Assembly: GCA_963829055.1 (NCBI GenBank)
Contig: CAWHHI010000004.1
Location: forward strand, 512,001-576,000
Direction of reading: 5' to 3'
Source of the DNA: an uncultured Gemmatimonadaceae bacterium
GTDB lineage: Bacteria; Gemmatimonadota; Gemmatimonadetes; Gemmatimonadales; Gemmatimonadaceae
Length of the DNA: 64,000 bases
Shown here: one piece after another, positions 37,174 through 47,705 of the stretch
Numbering within the stretch: position 1 is the stretch's first letter
How the letters are laid out: the number at the start of each line of letters is the position of its first letter
Translations under genes and position numbers: made by a program
Notes under the pieces: generated by a model
Databases searched by the model: none
Told to the model about the DNA's origin: nothing
The model's input: the letters and a program-made list of their open reading frames with translations, nothing else

Positions 37174-38573
37174 TCAATTCAGTTCCCGCGCACCGCCCTG
37201 CGAACGCGCGAGCGCGATGCGTGCGGCCTGGTACGCGGCGAGCGCGTCGACAACCTGCGTGCGCGCGCCGTTCAGCGAGAGCGAAGCGGTGAAGACGTCG
37301 GCGTTGCCGGCGACTCCCGCGCGGAAGCGCTCGCTGGCCTGGGCAACTTCCTGTTCCGCGAGTTGCACGCGCTCCCGAGCTGCAGCGACGGCTTCACGCG
37401 CGGATGCGAGATCGAGCAATGCGGTCCGTACTTCGACAGACGCCTGTTCGCGAAGATCACGCCGTCGCACGTCGATTTCGCGACGCAGCGCTGTCTGCTC
37501 CTCGGCGCGCCCTTCGCGACGAAGGCCGTCGAAGATCGGCAGGGACAGCTGGACGCCCCAGTTGTACGTCGGGAGCAATGCGCCGCCGTTCTTGCCAATG
37601 GATCCGTAGTCGCCGAACGCCGACAGACTGGGCAATCGCTCGGCGCGCACGGCGCCCGAGCTGTCGCTCGACCGCGGTGAGTTGCGCCTCGATGCTGCGC
37701 AGATCGGCGCGCCCACGTAGCGCCTGGTCGATCGCCGCTTGATCAGTCGGCAGCGCCTCGTCCATCCGCAACGCTGCGAGCGAGTCCGTCAGCGTCAGGG
37801 TGTGTCGAGCGGAAGACCGAGTTGCCGAAGCAGGTCGAGGCGAGTGCGGCCCCGGTCGTTGCGGGCAACAATCAGCTGGGCGCGGATGTCGCGAGCTGCG
37901 ACTGTGCGCGCGTGACGTCGAGGCCAACGCCAACACCGGCGGTGAGCTGGTCGCGTGCAATCGCGGAGCAGGTCTTCGGCGAGCGACGAGTCGGCGACAC
38001 GCGCGCCGAGCTGGGCATCGGCTCGCGCCGCGCGCACGTAGGCGACGGCGGCGTTCGAGGCGGCCTGCTCGGCGGCCTGGTCGGCGTCGAAGTCGCTCGC
38101 GCGTCGCTGAGGCCTTGGCGCTACGCACGCGTAGCGATAGCCGCCGCATCGAACAGCGATTGCGTGAAGTGGGCGCGCGCGTCGAACACGTTGACCGGAC
38201 CCTCGAGCTCGCCGTCGGGATCGAAGACCGGCGGTTGTCCGGTCGCCGTCGGGAAGTCGATACCGAACGTCGCGGTGTTGAGCGTGCGGCCGTTCTCGAG
38301 CGCCGACGCGGACACGTTAGGCAGCAGGTCGGCGCGGCGTTGCGTCACGCGCGCGTCCGCCTGTTCGGCGCGGAAACGTGCGGCCACGACCGTGCCATTC
38401 TGCTTCGCGGCGAGGCGGGCAGCGTCCCCTAACGAGATGCTGACGGGCGCGGCCGTCTGCGCGCGGACGCCCGAGAGCGCGAGCAAGGAAGCCGACACGG
38501 CGGTGACGATGGAGACGGCGACGCGGCGCGACGACGCGCCTTGGTGCGTGATAGCTGAATCGTTCACTGTCAT
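37174..38573 (-). CDS. TolC family outer-membrane protein (frameshifted)
   Basis: ISLGDAARLA, ADLLPNVS, GVQLSLPIFDG, ERFRAGVA. Confidence 0.85.
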
Positions 38574-39279
38574 TTGTTGGACGGCGTCGCCGGAGCCGGC
38601 GCCGCGGGAGTCGCGCGGATCGCGTGAAAGAAGAAATCGGAGATCTGTTCGAACACCTGCTCGTCGGTGACGTCCGTCAGCAGCTTGAACACGTGGCGGC
38701 GAGCGCACCATGTCGAGTGCGTCATGGTCGTGGATGACAGGAAGCGGGCCGCGAGCACCGGATCGACCTGACGGAAGTCACCACGGTCGATGCCTCGACG
38801 AATCATCCCGGCTAACAGCTGCGTCGACTGGCATCACGACCTCTCGCCCGTAGAACTCGGCGAGGTCGGGGAAGTTGTGCAGCTCGCCAGTGACGAGCTT
38901 GAAGATCGTCTGGAATTCGGGTGAGCGAACGAAGTCCCAGTGCTCGCGCATGTAGCGCTCGAGCTCCTCGACCGGATCGCCTTCGCCCGCCTTGGCCGCG
39001 GCCTGGCGCAGTCGATCGACGACGACGGCGCGCACGACTTCGCGGAACAGCTCTTCCTTGTTCGGGAAGTACAGGTAGATGGTGCCTTTGGAGACGCCGG
39101 CACGGCGCGCGATGTCGTCGAGCCTGGCGCCGGCGAGGCCGCGCTCGTCGAAGACCTCGAGCGCGGCGTCGAGGATCTGGCGTGGCCGTTCCTCGGGCAG
39201 GCGGCGCCACCGCGGCGCCGGTGCGTCGTGGCGCGCGCGAGGCTGGCGGCTGAGGTGGGCGTTTGATGCGTTTGGCCAT
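38570..39279 (-). CDS. TetR/AcrR family regulator (frameshifted)
   Basis: RPRQILDAALEVF..ARLDDIARRAGVSKGTIYLYFPNKEELF. Confidence 0.88.
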
Positions 39280-39303
39280 GGGATTCGTATCCGCCAGTAG
39301 AAA

Positions 39304-39321
39304 TAACTGACTGGTCGGTAA
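39304..39321. promoter_or_regulatory. Putative TetR operator
   Basis: Imperfect palindrome TAACTGAC-TG-GTCGGTAA in an AT-rich patch ~25 bp upstream of tetR. Confidence 0.55.
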
Positions 39322-39478
39322 CTTAATTGTGCCCTGGTCGCGTTCGCAACGCCGCGTCCTCGGACCCCACAATATCGTTACCGTCCAGTCCAAACCCGGG
39401 GAGCCGAGTGGCTGTCTCAGTCACGACGTCTCGTGCTCAGCTTGCGCGCTTCTCCGAACCGGCTCCGGTAACGTATTC

Positions 39479-40569
39479 ATGCGATTCCTTCTTTGGTCTA
39501 ACAGCGTCACTGGCTCTCTCGCTGGCTTGACCGCCGTGGTGCTCATCGGCGGTGCCGACCATCAGTGCCGCGCAGACACCCGAGCGCCGCACGCTCGCGG
39601 GCAACGACGTCGCCGTCTACAACATCGCCGGCATCATGCGCGTGGAGGGCGGCACCGGGTCGGAGGTGACCGTCGAAGTCACGCGCGGTGGCGGCGACGC
39701 GTCGCGGCTTCAGATCCAGAGCGGATCGCATCCGCGGCCGAGAGACGCTGCGCGTCGTCTATCCCGATCGGCGCATCGTCTACCGCCAGGGCGATTCGGA
39801 TCGCGTGGCGCGGGCGCACGACGCTTCGCGTGGACGATGACGGCACCTTCGGCGACAACCATCACGACGACGGCCGCAGCGTCGACATCGTCGGGAGCGG
39901 CGACGGGCTCGATGCGCATGCGGACATTCGCGTCGTTGTCCCGCGCGGCAAGCGCGTCTCCGTCTATCTCGGCGTCGGCGAAGCGAAGATCGAGAACGTC
40001 GACGGCGATCTGTACGTCGACGTGAGCGCGGCGCCGGTGACGACCACGCACACGCGCGGCAAGCTCTCGCTCGACACTGGGTCCGGCGAGGTCCGCGTCA
40101 CCGACGCACAGGGCGAGATCGATCTCGATACGGGGTCGGGCAGCGTCGAGGTGGCGAACATCACGCGGGCCGTTCCTCAAGATGGACACCGGCTCCGGAC
40201 GCGTGCGCGCGATCGGACGTCGTGGTCGACGAGCTGGAGATCGACACGGGTTCCGGCAGCGTGCGGCTCGGCCAGGTGCAGTCGAAGCGCATCAAGCTCG
40301 ATAGCGGCAGCGGGTCGGTGGAGCTGGACCTGCGCGCGGACGTGGAGACGCTGCACGTCGAGTCGGGGTCAGGCGGCGTGACGCTCGGCATCCCGGAGTC
40401 GTTAGGCGCATCGATCCGCATCGAGACCGGCAGCGGCGGCATCGATACGGACATCCCGGTTCAGGTTCGGAAGACGGAGCGGAACTTCCTGTCCGGGACG
40501 ATCGGGGATGGCAAAGGTGAGATCACGATCGAGACCGGGTCTGGAGGCGTGAGACTGCGACGGTCATGA
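39479..40569 (+). CDS. DUF4097/adhesin-like beta-strand repeat protein (frameshifted)
   Basis: Repeated xDTGSGxV units (LDTGSGEV, IDTGSGSV, IETGSGGI); signal-like N-terminus. Confidence 0.8.
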
Positions 40570-40576
40570 AAACGGC

Positions 40577-40706
40577 CGGCTGGTAGCTGGTCGCTGGTGC
40601 TGGTGACGCTGGTCAGAACGAGAAACCCCGGGATGCCCGGTCGAACGACGTCCCGGGGCTTCTACTCTGACAAGTCGACCAGTCACCAGCGACCAGCAAC
40701 CAGCAC
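40577..40706. repeat. Inverted GCTGGT/ACCAGC arrays flanking a GC hairpin (probable bidirectional terminator)
   Basis: GCTGGTAGCTGGTCGCTGGTGCTGGT..CCCCGGGA..TCCCGGGG..GACCAGTCACCAGCGACCAGCAACCAGC between convergent genes. Confidence 0.65.
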
Positions 40707-40712
40707 GCTGCG

Positions 40713-40861
40713 CTACTTGGTTTTCTTCGCCTTTGCCTCGGCTTTTCTTCGAAATGCGCGTTCGTGAGCTTCACGATCGTGAAGGCCATCACGAACAGCA
40801 GGGCGGTCGTCACGATCATGCCGACGAAGGCGGCTTTCTTGTCTTCGAGGTGCAGCGACAT
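40713..40861 (-). CDS. Small single-TM hypothetical protein
   Basis: MSLHLEDKKAAFVGMIVTTALLFVMAFTIVKLTNAHF; follows the ppiase gene; 3' end approximate. Confidence 0.55.
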
Positions 40862-40889
40862 CGTCGCGGTCCGTTGGTTGGTGGTGGGG

Positions 40890-41349
40890 TCAGGCGACGC
40901 GCACGGAGTTCATCACGTCGTCCTTCTGGATCTTCTGCACGACATCAATGCCCTTCGTCACCTTGCCGAACACGGTGTGTACGCCGTTCAGGTGGCGCGT
41001 GTTGTTCTCGTCGAGCACGACGAAGAACTGGCTGCCGCCGGTGTTCTTGCCCGCGTGCGCCATCGAGAGCGCGCCGAGCTCGTGGGTGCGCGGGTTGCCG
41101 CTTCGTCTCGCACTTGATGGTGTAGCCGGGCCCGCCGGTGCCGATGCGCGGATCGCCTGACGGGAGATCGCGCGAGTTCGGGTCGCCGCCCTGGATCACG
41201 AAGCCAGGAATGACGCGGTGGAACTTCACGCCATCGTAGTAGCCCTTGTTCGCGAGCGTCTCGAAGTTCTCGACGGTCTTGGGCGCGTCCTTCTCGTACA
41301 GCTCAGCGACGATAGTGCCGCGATTGGTTTCGAAGGTAGCTGTTTTCAT
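40890..41349 (-). CDS. Cyclophilin-type peptidyl-prolyl isomerase (frameshift ~41100)
   Basis: [55 protein letters not shown]. Confidence 0.93.
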
Positions 41350-41415
41350 GGCCGGGAAACTAACCGGGAATCGGGAAGCAGGGACATCGGGAGACGTGGA
41401 CAGACGCTGCGAGGC

Positions 41416-42234
41416 TCACTACCCGTCTCGGACGGGCACACGTCCGCCAGCGTACAGTCACCGCAGCGCGGGACTCTTCGCCTCGCAGACCCGGCGGCCG
41501 TGGAAGATCAGCAGGTGGGCGAGCATCGTCCAGCGGTCCCGCGGGAACAGGCCCATCAGCTCCTGTTCCACCTTCACGGGATCCGTCTCGCTCGTTAGGC
41601 CCAGGCGCATCGCCAGCCGGCCGACATGCGTGTCGACGACGACGCCCTCGTTCACGTCGAAGGCGTTGCCGAGGATGACGTTCGCTGTCTTGCGGCCGAC
41701 GCCGGGAAGCGTCACCAGCTCGGCGAGCGTCGACGGTACCTCGCCACCGTGGCGCTCGACGACCGCGCCGGCCATGCCGATGATGCTCTTCGCCTTGTTT
41801 CGGAAGAAGCCCGGTGCTCTTGATGATCTCCTCGACGTCCTCCTGCCGCGCGGCTGCCAGCGCCTCGACGGTCGGATACCGGGAGAACAGCACCGGCGTC
41901 ACCATGTTCACGCGCTTGTCGGTGCACTGCGCGCTGAGAATCGTGGCGACGAGCAGCTCGAACGGCGTCCTGAAATCGAGCTCGCAGTGCGCGTCCGGGT
42001 AGAGCGCCAGCAGCCGGTCGTAGAGAAGCGGCGGATTCGCCGGCGCGGTCGATCGCGCGACGCTTCGGCGCACGTTTCGCTTCGGCGTCACTTGGTTTTC
42101 GCCGTTGCTTTCGGCAGCCAGTTTCAGCGGCTTTCGCGCCATGCGCGACCGATTTCGCGGCTCTTCTTCACTGCCACGACCTTCGGGCGCCGCTGCGAGA
42201 GCGGTTGCCGAGGACCCTGTCGGTTGTTTGCCAT
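41416..42234 (-). CDS. nth: Endonuclease III with basic N-terminal extension (frameshifted)
   Basis: [38 protein letters not shown], and a C-terminal C-x6-C-x2-C-x5-C cluster motif rebuilt across a frameshift; start uncertain (42142 or 42234). Confidence 0.92.
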
Positions 42235-42256
42235 CGATCGTGCGAGATCAGGAAGA

Positions 42257-44078
42257 TCAGAAGGGGATGTCCGCGTCCGGATCGGTCTCTGCGGCGCGAC
42301 GGATCTTCGCGACGCCGTGCCCGGCGCGGCTGCGCCGTTTGCGCGACGAGCGCTTCGCGAACGCGAGAATGTCCGTCGGCCGACCGTGCATTCAAGATAT
42401 CATCGGCCTCCAGCCATCCCTTCCGCGCCATGTCCACGCCAATCGACGACGACATCGAGTCCAATCGTGGAGTGCGCGTCGGGCCCGATCTCGATCGGAA
42501 CGCCGAGCGCCTTCGCGCGGCGGCAGTGTCGCCAGTCGAGATCGAGGCGATGCGGGTCGGCGTTGAGCTCCATCGCGACGCCCACGTCCGCGGCCTTCTC
42601 GATCATCGCGACCATGTCCACGGGATAGGGCTCCCGGACGAGCAGCAGTCGGCCCGTTGGATGGCCGAGGATCGTGAGTCGCGGGTCATCGAGCGCGGTG
42701 AGGATGCGCGTCGTCATCTCCGACTCGGTCATGCGAAAGCGCGAGTGCACCGAGCCGATCACGTAAGTCGAACCGGTCGAGCGTTGCATCATCGTAGTCG
42801 AGCTGCCCGGACGCCGAGGATGTCGGCTTCGATGCCCTTGAGGACCGTGAAATCCGTCGAGCGTCGCGTTCAGCTCGTCGATCTCGTCGTGCTGGCGCGC
42901 GACGTCATCGCGGCCGCAATCCGCCGGCGTAGAACGCAGACTGCGAGTGGTCGCTGATGCCGAGATACGTCCAGCCGCGCGCGCTGCGCCGCTTCGGCCA
43001 TGTCGGCGATGGTGGCGGCGCCGTCGGAGTAGGTGGAGTGACAGTGCAGCACGCCGCGCACATCGGCTCCGGCCGTCACGAGACGTGGGCAGCGCGCCGG
43101 TCGCCGCCGTGAGCTCGCCGTCGCCCTCGCGCAGCTCCGGCGGGACGTACGCGAGAGTCGAGCCAACGCGTAGAGCGCGTCCTCGTCGGCAGCGGGAACG
43201 CGCTCGCCGCGCGCATCGCGGACGACGTCGTCCATCGAGCGAGAAGCCGACGGCGGCGAGGAGCGTCGTCATCTGTGCGACGTGCGCTGCGCTCCCGGTC
43301 GCGCGCCAGAACGCCACCGCGAAATCGTCCTCCGGGCACGCAGTACAGGTCGAGCATCGTGCCGTCCACGTAGCGAATGGAGGCGGAGCCGTCCAGCGAC
43401 GGACGCGTCGACGACACCGGGCACGCGCGCGAATGACGCCGCAACGCCGTTCGGGTCGCCGCGCACGGCGGCAACGATGTCGATGTCGCGGACCGACCTC
43501 GCAGCGGCGACGCACGGACCCCGCGATCTCCGCCGAGATGACGTCCGGGTGGCGGCGTACCGACGAGAGCAGGAGTGCGGCATCGGCGTGGGCGCGCGGG
43601 AATAGCACGAGCGCGTGCGTCCGCCGCTTGAACGCGATGGCGTCGGCCAGGCGTTCGACCGTCTTCTCGCCGAACCCTTTGACCGTGGCGAGTCGGCCGT
43701 CGCGAGCGGCGACCTCGAGGTCATCGATGCGACGCGACGCCTAACGTGTCGTGAGATCTGCTGCATCTTTTCGGGCGAGAGGCCCGGGACGCGCATCAGC
43801 TCGAGCAGCCCGTCGGGCACGTTCATGCGCAGCTGCTCGAGGTAGCGCGACTCTCCGTTCTCGACGAGATCGGTGATCACGGCGAGCGTTGCGGAGCCGA
43901 CTCCCTTCACCTTCGCGAGCTCACCGGAGCGCAGGAGCGGCGTGAGGTCGTCGGTGTCGAGCGCGAGCACCGCTTTGGCGGCGCCGCGATACGCGCGCGT
44001 CTTGAAGCGGTTCTCGGCTCGAAGCTCGAGCAGGTCCGCGATCTCTGACAGGACGTGGGCCGCGGAACGCGAGTCCAT
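42257..44078 (-). CDS. polX: DNA polymerase X family with PHP domain (frameshifted)
   Basis: EIADLLELRAENRFKTRAY, GSVRRR..RDIDIV, ATGSAAH, YVPPELREG, LHCHSTYSDG, IGSVHS, GHPTGR, ELNADPHRLD, GPDAH. Confidence 0.9.
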
Positions 44079-44150
44079 GGTCGGCCGCCTAACGCTTCGA
44101 GGTGGTGCGCACGTCGGTCGGCCGCCTATCGGCGAAGGGCGGAAACGACG

Positions 44151-44179
44151 CGGGCGCCCGCGATCATCGCGGGCGCCCG
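44151..44179 (-). terminator. GC hairpin, probable terminator
   Basis: CGGGCGCCCGCGAT-C-ATCGCGGGCGCCCG downstream of the 44222-44682 gene. Confidence 0.55.
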
Positions 44180-44221
44180 AATGTTGTCCTGCCGTACAGT
44201 CGGCGCGCTAGCGCTCGAGCG

Positions 44222-44682
44222 CTAGCGCGCGACGCCGGCGACTGGACGAAGGCGATCGATCAGCTCGTGCAGGCGATCCTCGGTGAGATCGATCTCCGCG
44301 GCGGCCTCCTCCATGTCGACGAGCCCGGCGCGCATGGACGTCGCGAGCGCGTTCAGGTGGCGGATGTTGTCCAGCACCTCGACCGTGAGCTTGCCGCAGC
44401 GCGTGGAAGCGGCGGCGTTGCGCGAGCGCACGTCGGTAGCGCTGCACGAGCTCTCGTTCACCGAGCGACTGGGCGGTGGCCGATCACGCTCTCCGCGCTG
44501 CGTCCGGGCAGCACCCCCTGATCGACGATGCCGTCATCGTCGGCCCACGCTTCGTCGGAGAACCAGAGTCGACCCACGAACTCGACGCCGTCGTGGTCGA
44601 TGCGGAGCGCCACGTTGTAGCGCTCGCCTTCGACGTCGATCGTGGCGATGTGCGGCATTTCGAACTTCTCGAGCGTCGTCAT
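44222..44682 (-). CDS. Hypothetical protein (frameshifted)
   Basis: Coherent coding-like fragments MPHIATIDVEGERY..DGVEFVGRLWF and LNALATSMRAGLVDMEEA. Confidence 0.6.
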
Positions 44683-44696
44683 CAGGCTTCCCCTTC

Positions 44697-45627
44697 TCAA
44701 GCGGGGGTGGTGGTCAGGAACTCGCGCATGGCATCGAATAGAGACGGCGGTTGCTCCACATAGGGCACATGTCCGCAGTCTTCGAGGACGACGAGCCGAG
44801 CACCCAGCGCACGGCGGCTGCTTCCGACGACGCCAGCGGGATCGGATCCTGTCGTCCGTGGACGATCAAGCGTCGGGATTCGTCAGTTGCTGGAGCGACG
44901 GCAGGAGATCGAAATCACCGAGACTGCCCCACACGCTCTGCTGGACCCGACCGACGACGCGGAATGGCGTCAGGTCGCGTGCGCGGGCGGGATCCGCGAA
45001 GTAGCCGGCGACGCTCAGCTCGAAGCCGCGCTGGCGATACGCGTCGGGATCGCGCTCTCGCAGGCCGGACGCCGGCCAGCTCGCTGCGCAGCTGCTGGAT
45101 CGGCTTCGCCCTGTTGGCGTCGCGAGAACTCCGCCTCGAACTGCTCGCGGTAGTCGCGCGTGATCGGGGCAGGATCAATGAGAAGCAGGGACTGGGGACT
45201 GGGAATGCGGGAACTGGGAACCGGGAATCGGGAACCGGGAACCGCCGAACTGCTCCGCATCGATACTGCTGGCACGGACAGCGTAGAGCATCGCCAGCAG
45301 GCCGCCCCACGAGTAGCCGACGATCTCGAGAGGCGAGAGCCCAAGCTCGTGGACGACGGCGGCGAGGTCTTCGACGTGCGTCTGCCAGGTGATCGGCGCG
45401 GGATCGTCCGTGCGCGAGCGACCGCCGCCGCGCTGGTCGTAGAAAATCAGCTCGTGGTCCGCGGCGAGATCGAGCATCTGCGGCAGGAGGTACTGATGGT
45501 CGGCACCCGGGCCGCCGTGCAGCACGAGCAGCCGCCGCGCGCCGTCGCGACCGTAGGCGCACCAGTACAGGGGAACCGGGGTAGACGTTGTGAACCCGGA
45601 AGCTCGGGGGGGAGGAATCGGCGGCAT
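44697..45627 (-). CDS. Alpha/beta hydrolase (proline iminopeptidase-like), frameshifted
   Basis: LHGGPGA, YDQRGGGRS, nucleophile GYSWGG, LLIDPAP, CGHVPYVE. Confidence 0.85.
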
Positions 45628-45840
45628 TGATCGCTTTCCGGTTGAAGGCGGTGAATGTTTTGTGACGTACGTCACGCTTGCGTCACGAGCCGGTGTTGCG
45701 ACGCGGAATGTATCCGCGCGCGCGGGGCGGTTCGCGATTTTGACAGCGCGTCGATCTCTGGCATAGTGGCAGGGAAGCGTCGCGGCTGATAATGTCAGGG
45801 CGAAGCGCCTTACAACTGGACGGCACTCTTTGGAGGTCAT

Positions 45841-46522
45841 ATGCGAAAGACAGTGTTCACGTTTGCGTTCGGTGCGATGATCGCGCCGGCGCTGCTCGCG
45901 GCGCAGGATGCGACGAAGGCGGTTGCTGGCGGCGGCGAGGTCGCGCCGGGGTGGCAGATGCGGATCGATCCCCGCGCGGGCAGCGGCGACGCCACCGAAG
46001 TTCGTCGCGATGGGATCGGATTGCATGCGACGACCGGCTCGCGCGCGATCTACTGGCGCACCGGCGACGTCGGCGAAGGGCAACTACACGGTCGAGCGCG
46101 ACGTTCACGCTGTCGAAGCCGCCCGGTCACGCCGAGGCGTATGGGCTCGTCTTCGCCGGCAAGGACCTAACGACGCCGAAGCAGAACTACATGTACTTCA
46201 CGCTCGGCGGCAACGGCACGTACCTGATCAAGCACCGCGCCGGCGACGCCGACTCGCGAGATTCACACGATCGCGGACTGGACGCCGAGCGATGCGATCG
46301 CGAAGGCGGACGCGAGCGGGAAGAGCACCGACAAGCTCCGGTCGTGGTGGGCGCGCAGAAGATCCAGTACATGATCAACGGCAAAGAGGTGTACAGCATG
46401 GACCGCGCGAAGGCAGTTGGCGCGGGAACATGCTGGCGTCACGGATGGCATTGCGGGCATTCGCGTGAGCCACAATCTGGACGTGCATATTTCGGACTTT
46501 AAGATCACACCGAAGCAAGTAG
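45841..46522 (+). CDS. Secreted hypothetical beta-rich protein (frameshifted)
   Basis: GGAGG RBS; signal peptide; HAEAYGLVFAG, YLIKHRAG, GIRVSHNLDVHI. Confidence 0.6.
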
Positions 46523-46628
46523 CTATCGGCCATCAGCTATCGGCTATCAGCTCCAACGGCGAACCCTCGGGACGTCCGAGTAGAGCGTCCCGGGGGTTCT
46601 CGCTTGATGCTGATAGCTGATAGCTGTA
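46520..46628. repeat. Inverted (C)AGCTAT/ATAGCTG heptamer arrays around a hairpin
   Basis: AGCTATCGGCCATCAGCTATCGGCTATCAGC..GAACCC..CGGGACG..CGTCCCG..GGGTTC..GCTGATAGCTGATAGCTG between convergent genes. Confidence 0.65.
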
Positions 46629-47530
46629 GTACTGTCGCTGCGATCCGCACCGTGTTCAGATGCACCGCCACGCTGTCCTCGATATTCCGGCCGTAGCCGC
46701 CGGCGATCGTGATCGCGACCGGGATGCCGACCTCGCGACAGGCATCGAGGACCATCGCGTCGCGGCGCGCCAGGCCGTCGAACGTTAGGCAGAGACGGCC
46801 GAGCCGGTCGCCCTCGTGCGCAGTCGGCGCCCGCGAGGTAGATCACCAGGTCCGGCGCTGCCGCCGCGAGCACGCGCGGGAGCGCGTCGGCAAGCGCCGC
46901 GAGATAGACGTCGTCGCCGGTGCCGTCCGCCAGCTCGACATCGAGCGAGCCGGCGACTTTATGAAACGGGTAGTTGCGCCCGCCGTGCATGCTGAACGTG
47001 AACACGGAGTCGTCGCCGGCGAAGATCGCGTGCGTGCCGTTGCCCTGATGCACATCGAGGTCGACCACCGCAGCGCGTCGGATGCGACGGTCACGCTGCA
47101 GCAGCCGGATGGCGACGGCGACGTCGTTGAACACGCAGAATCCCTCGCCATGATCGGGGAAGGCGTGATGTGTTCCTCCGGCGAGGTTCATGGTGACACC
47201 GCGCTCGAGCGCCGCGGCGGCGGCCTCACACGTTCCACCAACGGCGCGAAACGAACGCTCGACCAACGACTCCGACCACGGGAGCCCAATGCGGCGCTGC
47301 TCGGCTTCGCTCAACTCGCCGGCGATGAGTGCGTGGACGTAGCGCTCGGTGTGCACGAGCAGTAACGCGTCGATCGATGCGCGCTCGGGTTCGTGCATGT
47401 CCTCGGGCGCTACGAGGCCGCTCGCGAGCACGGCTTCGCGCAACAGCGCGTACTTGGCGATCGGAAAGCGGTGGCCGGGCGGCAGGGAAACCGTGTAGCG
47501 CGCCGACGTCCAGCAGTGGAGCGGTGTCAT
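46620..47530 (-). CDS. Histone deacetylase family protein (frameshift near 3' end)
   Basis: PGHRFPIAKY, NLAGGTHHA, GEGFCVFNDVA, DLDVHQGNGT, YLAGAD, AGGY; 3' end approximate. Confidence 0.9.
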
Positions 47531-47703
47531 TCCGAGCGAGCGACAGCCAGGTGCCCGCCAACGGCGGGCGCAGTCGAGGAATCCTTGGCGTCCGGGTAGA
47601 GAGCCCTCTGCCATGCAAGACCGAGGATTCCTCGACTGCGGCCTGCGGCCTCCGCTCGGAATGACACAGTCCGCTCGGAATGACAATCCCGCTCGGAATG
47701 ACG
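47524..47703. repeat. Palindromic REP/MITE-like element, copy 4
   Basis: GTGTCATTCCGAGCG, GTCGAGGAATCC, GGTAGAGAGCCCTCTGCC, GGATTCCTCGAC, then CCGCTCGGAATGAC three times. Confidence 0.88.
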
Positions 47704-47705
47704 CC

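Noticed and set aside
47651..47703. CCGCTCGGAATGAC x3 as a CRISPR array
   Set aside because: The units are ~14 bp with 3-5 nt gaps, there are no spacers or cas genes, and they are the reiterated ends of the palindromic element.
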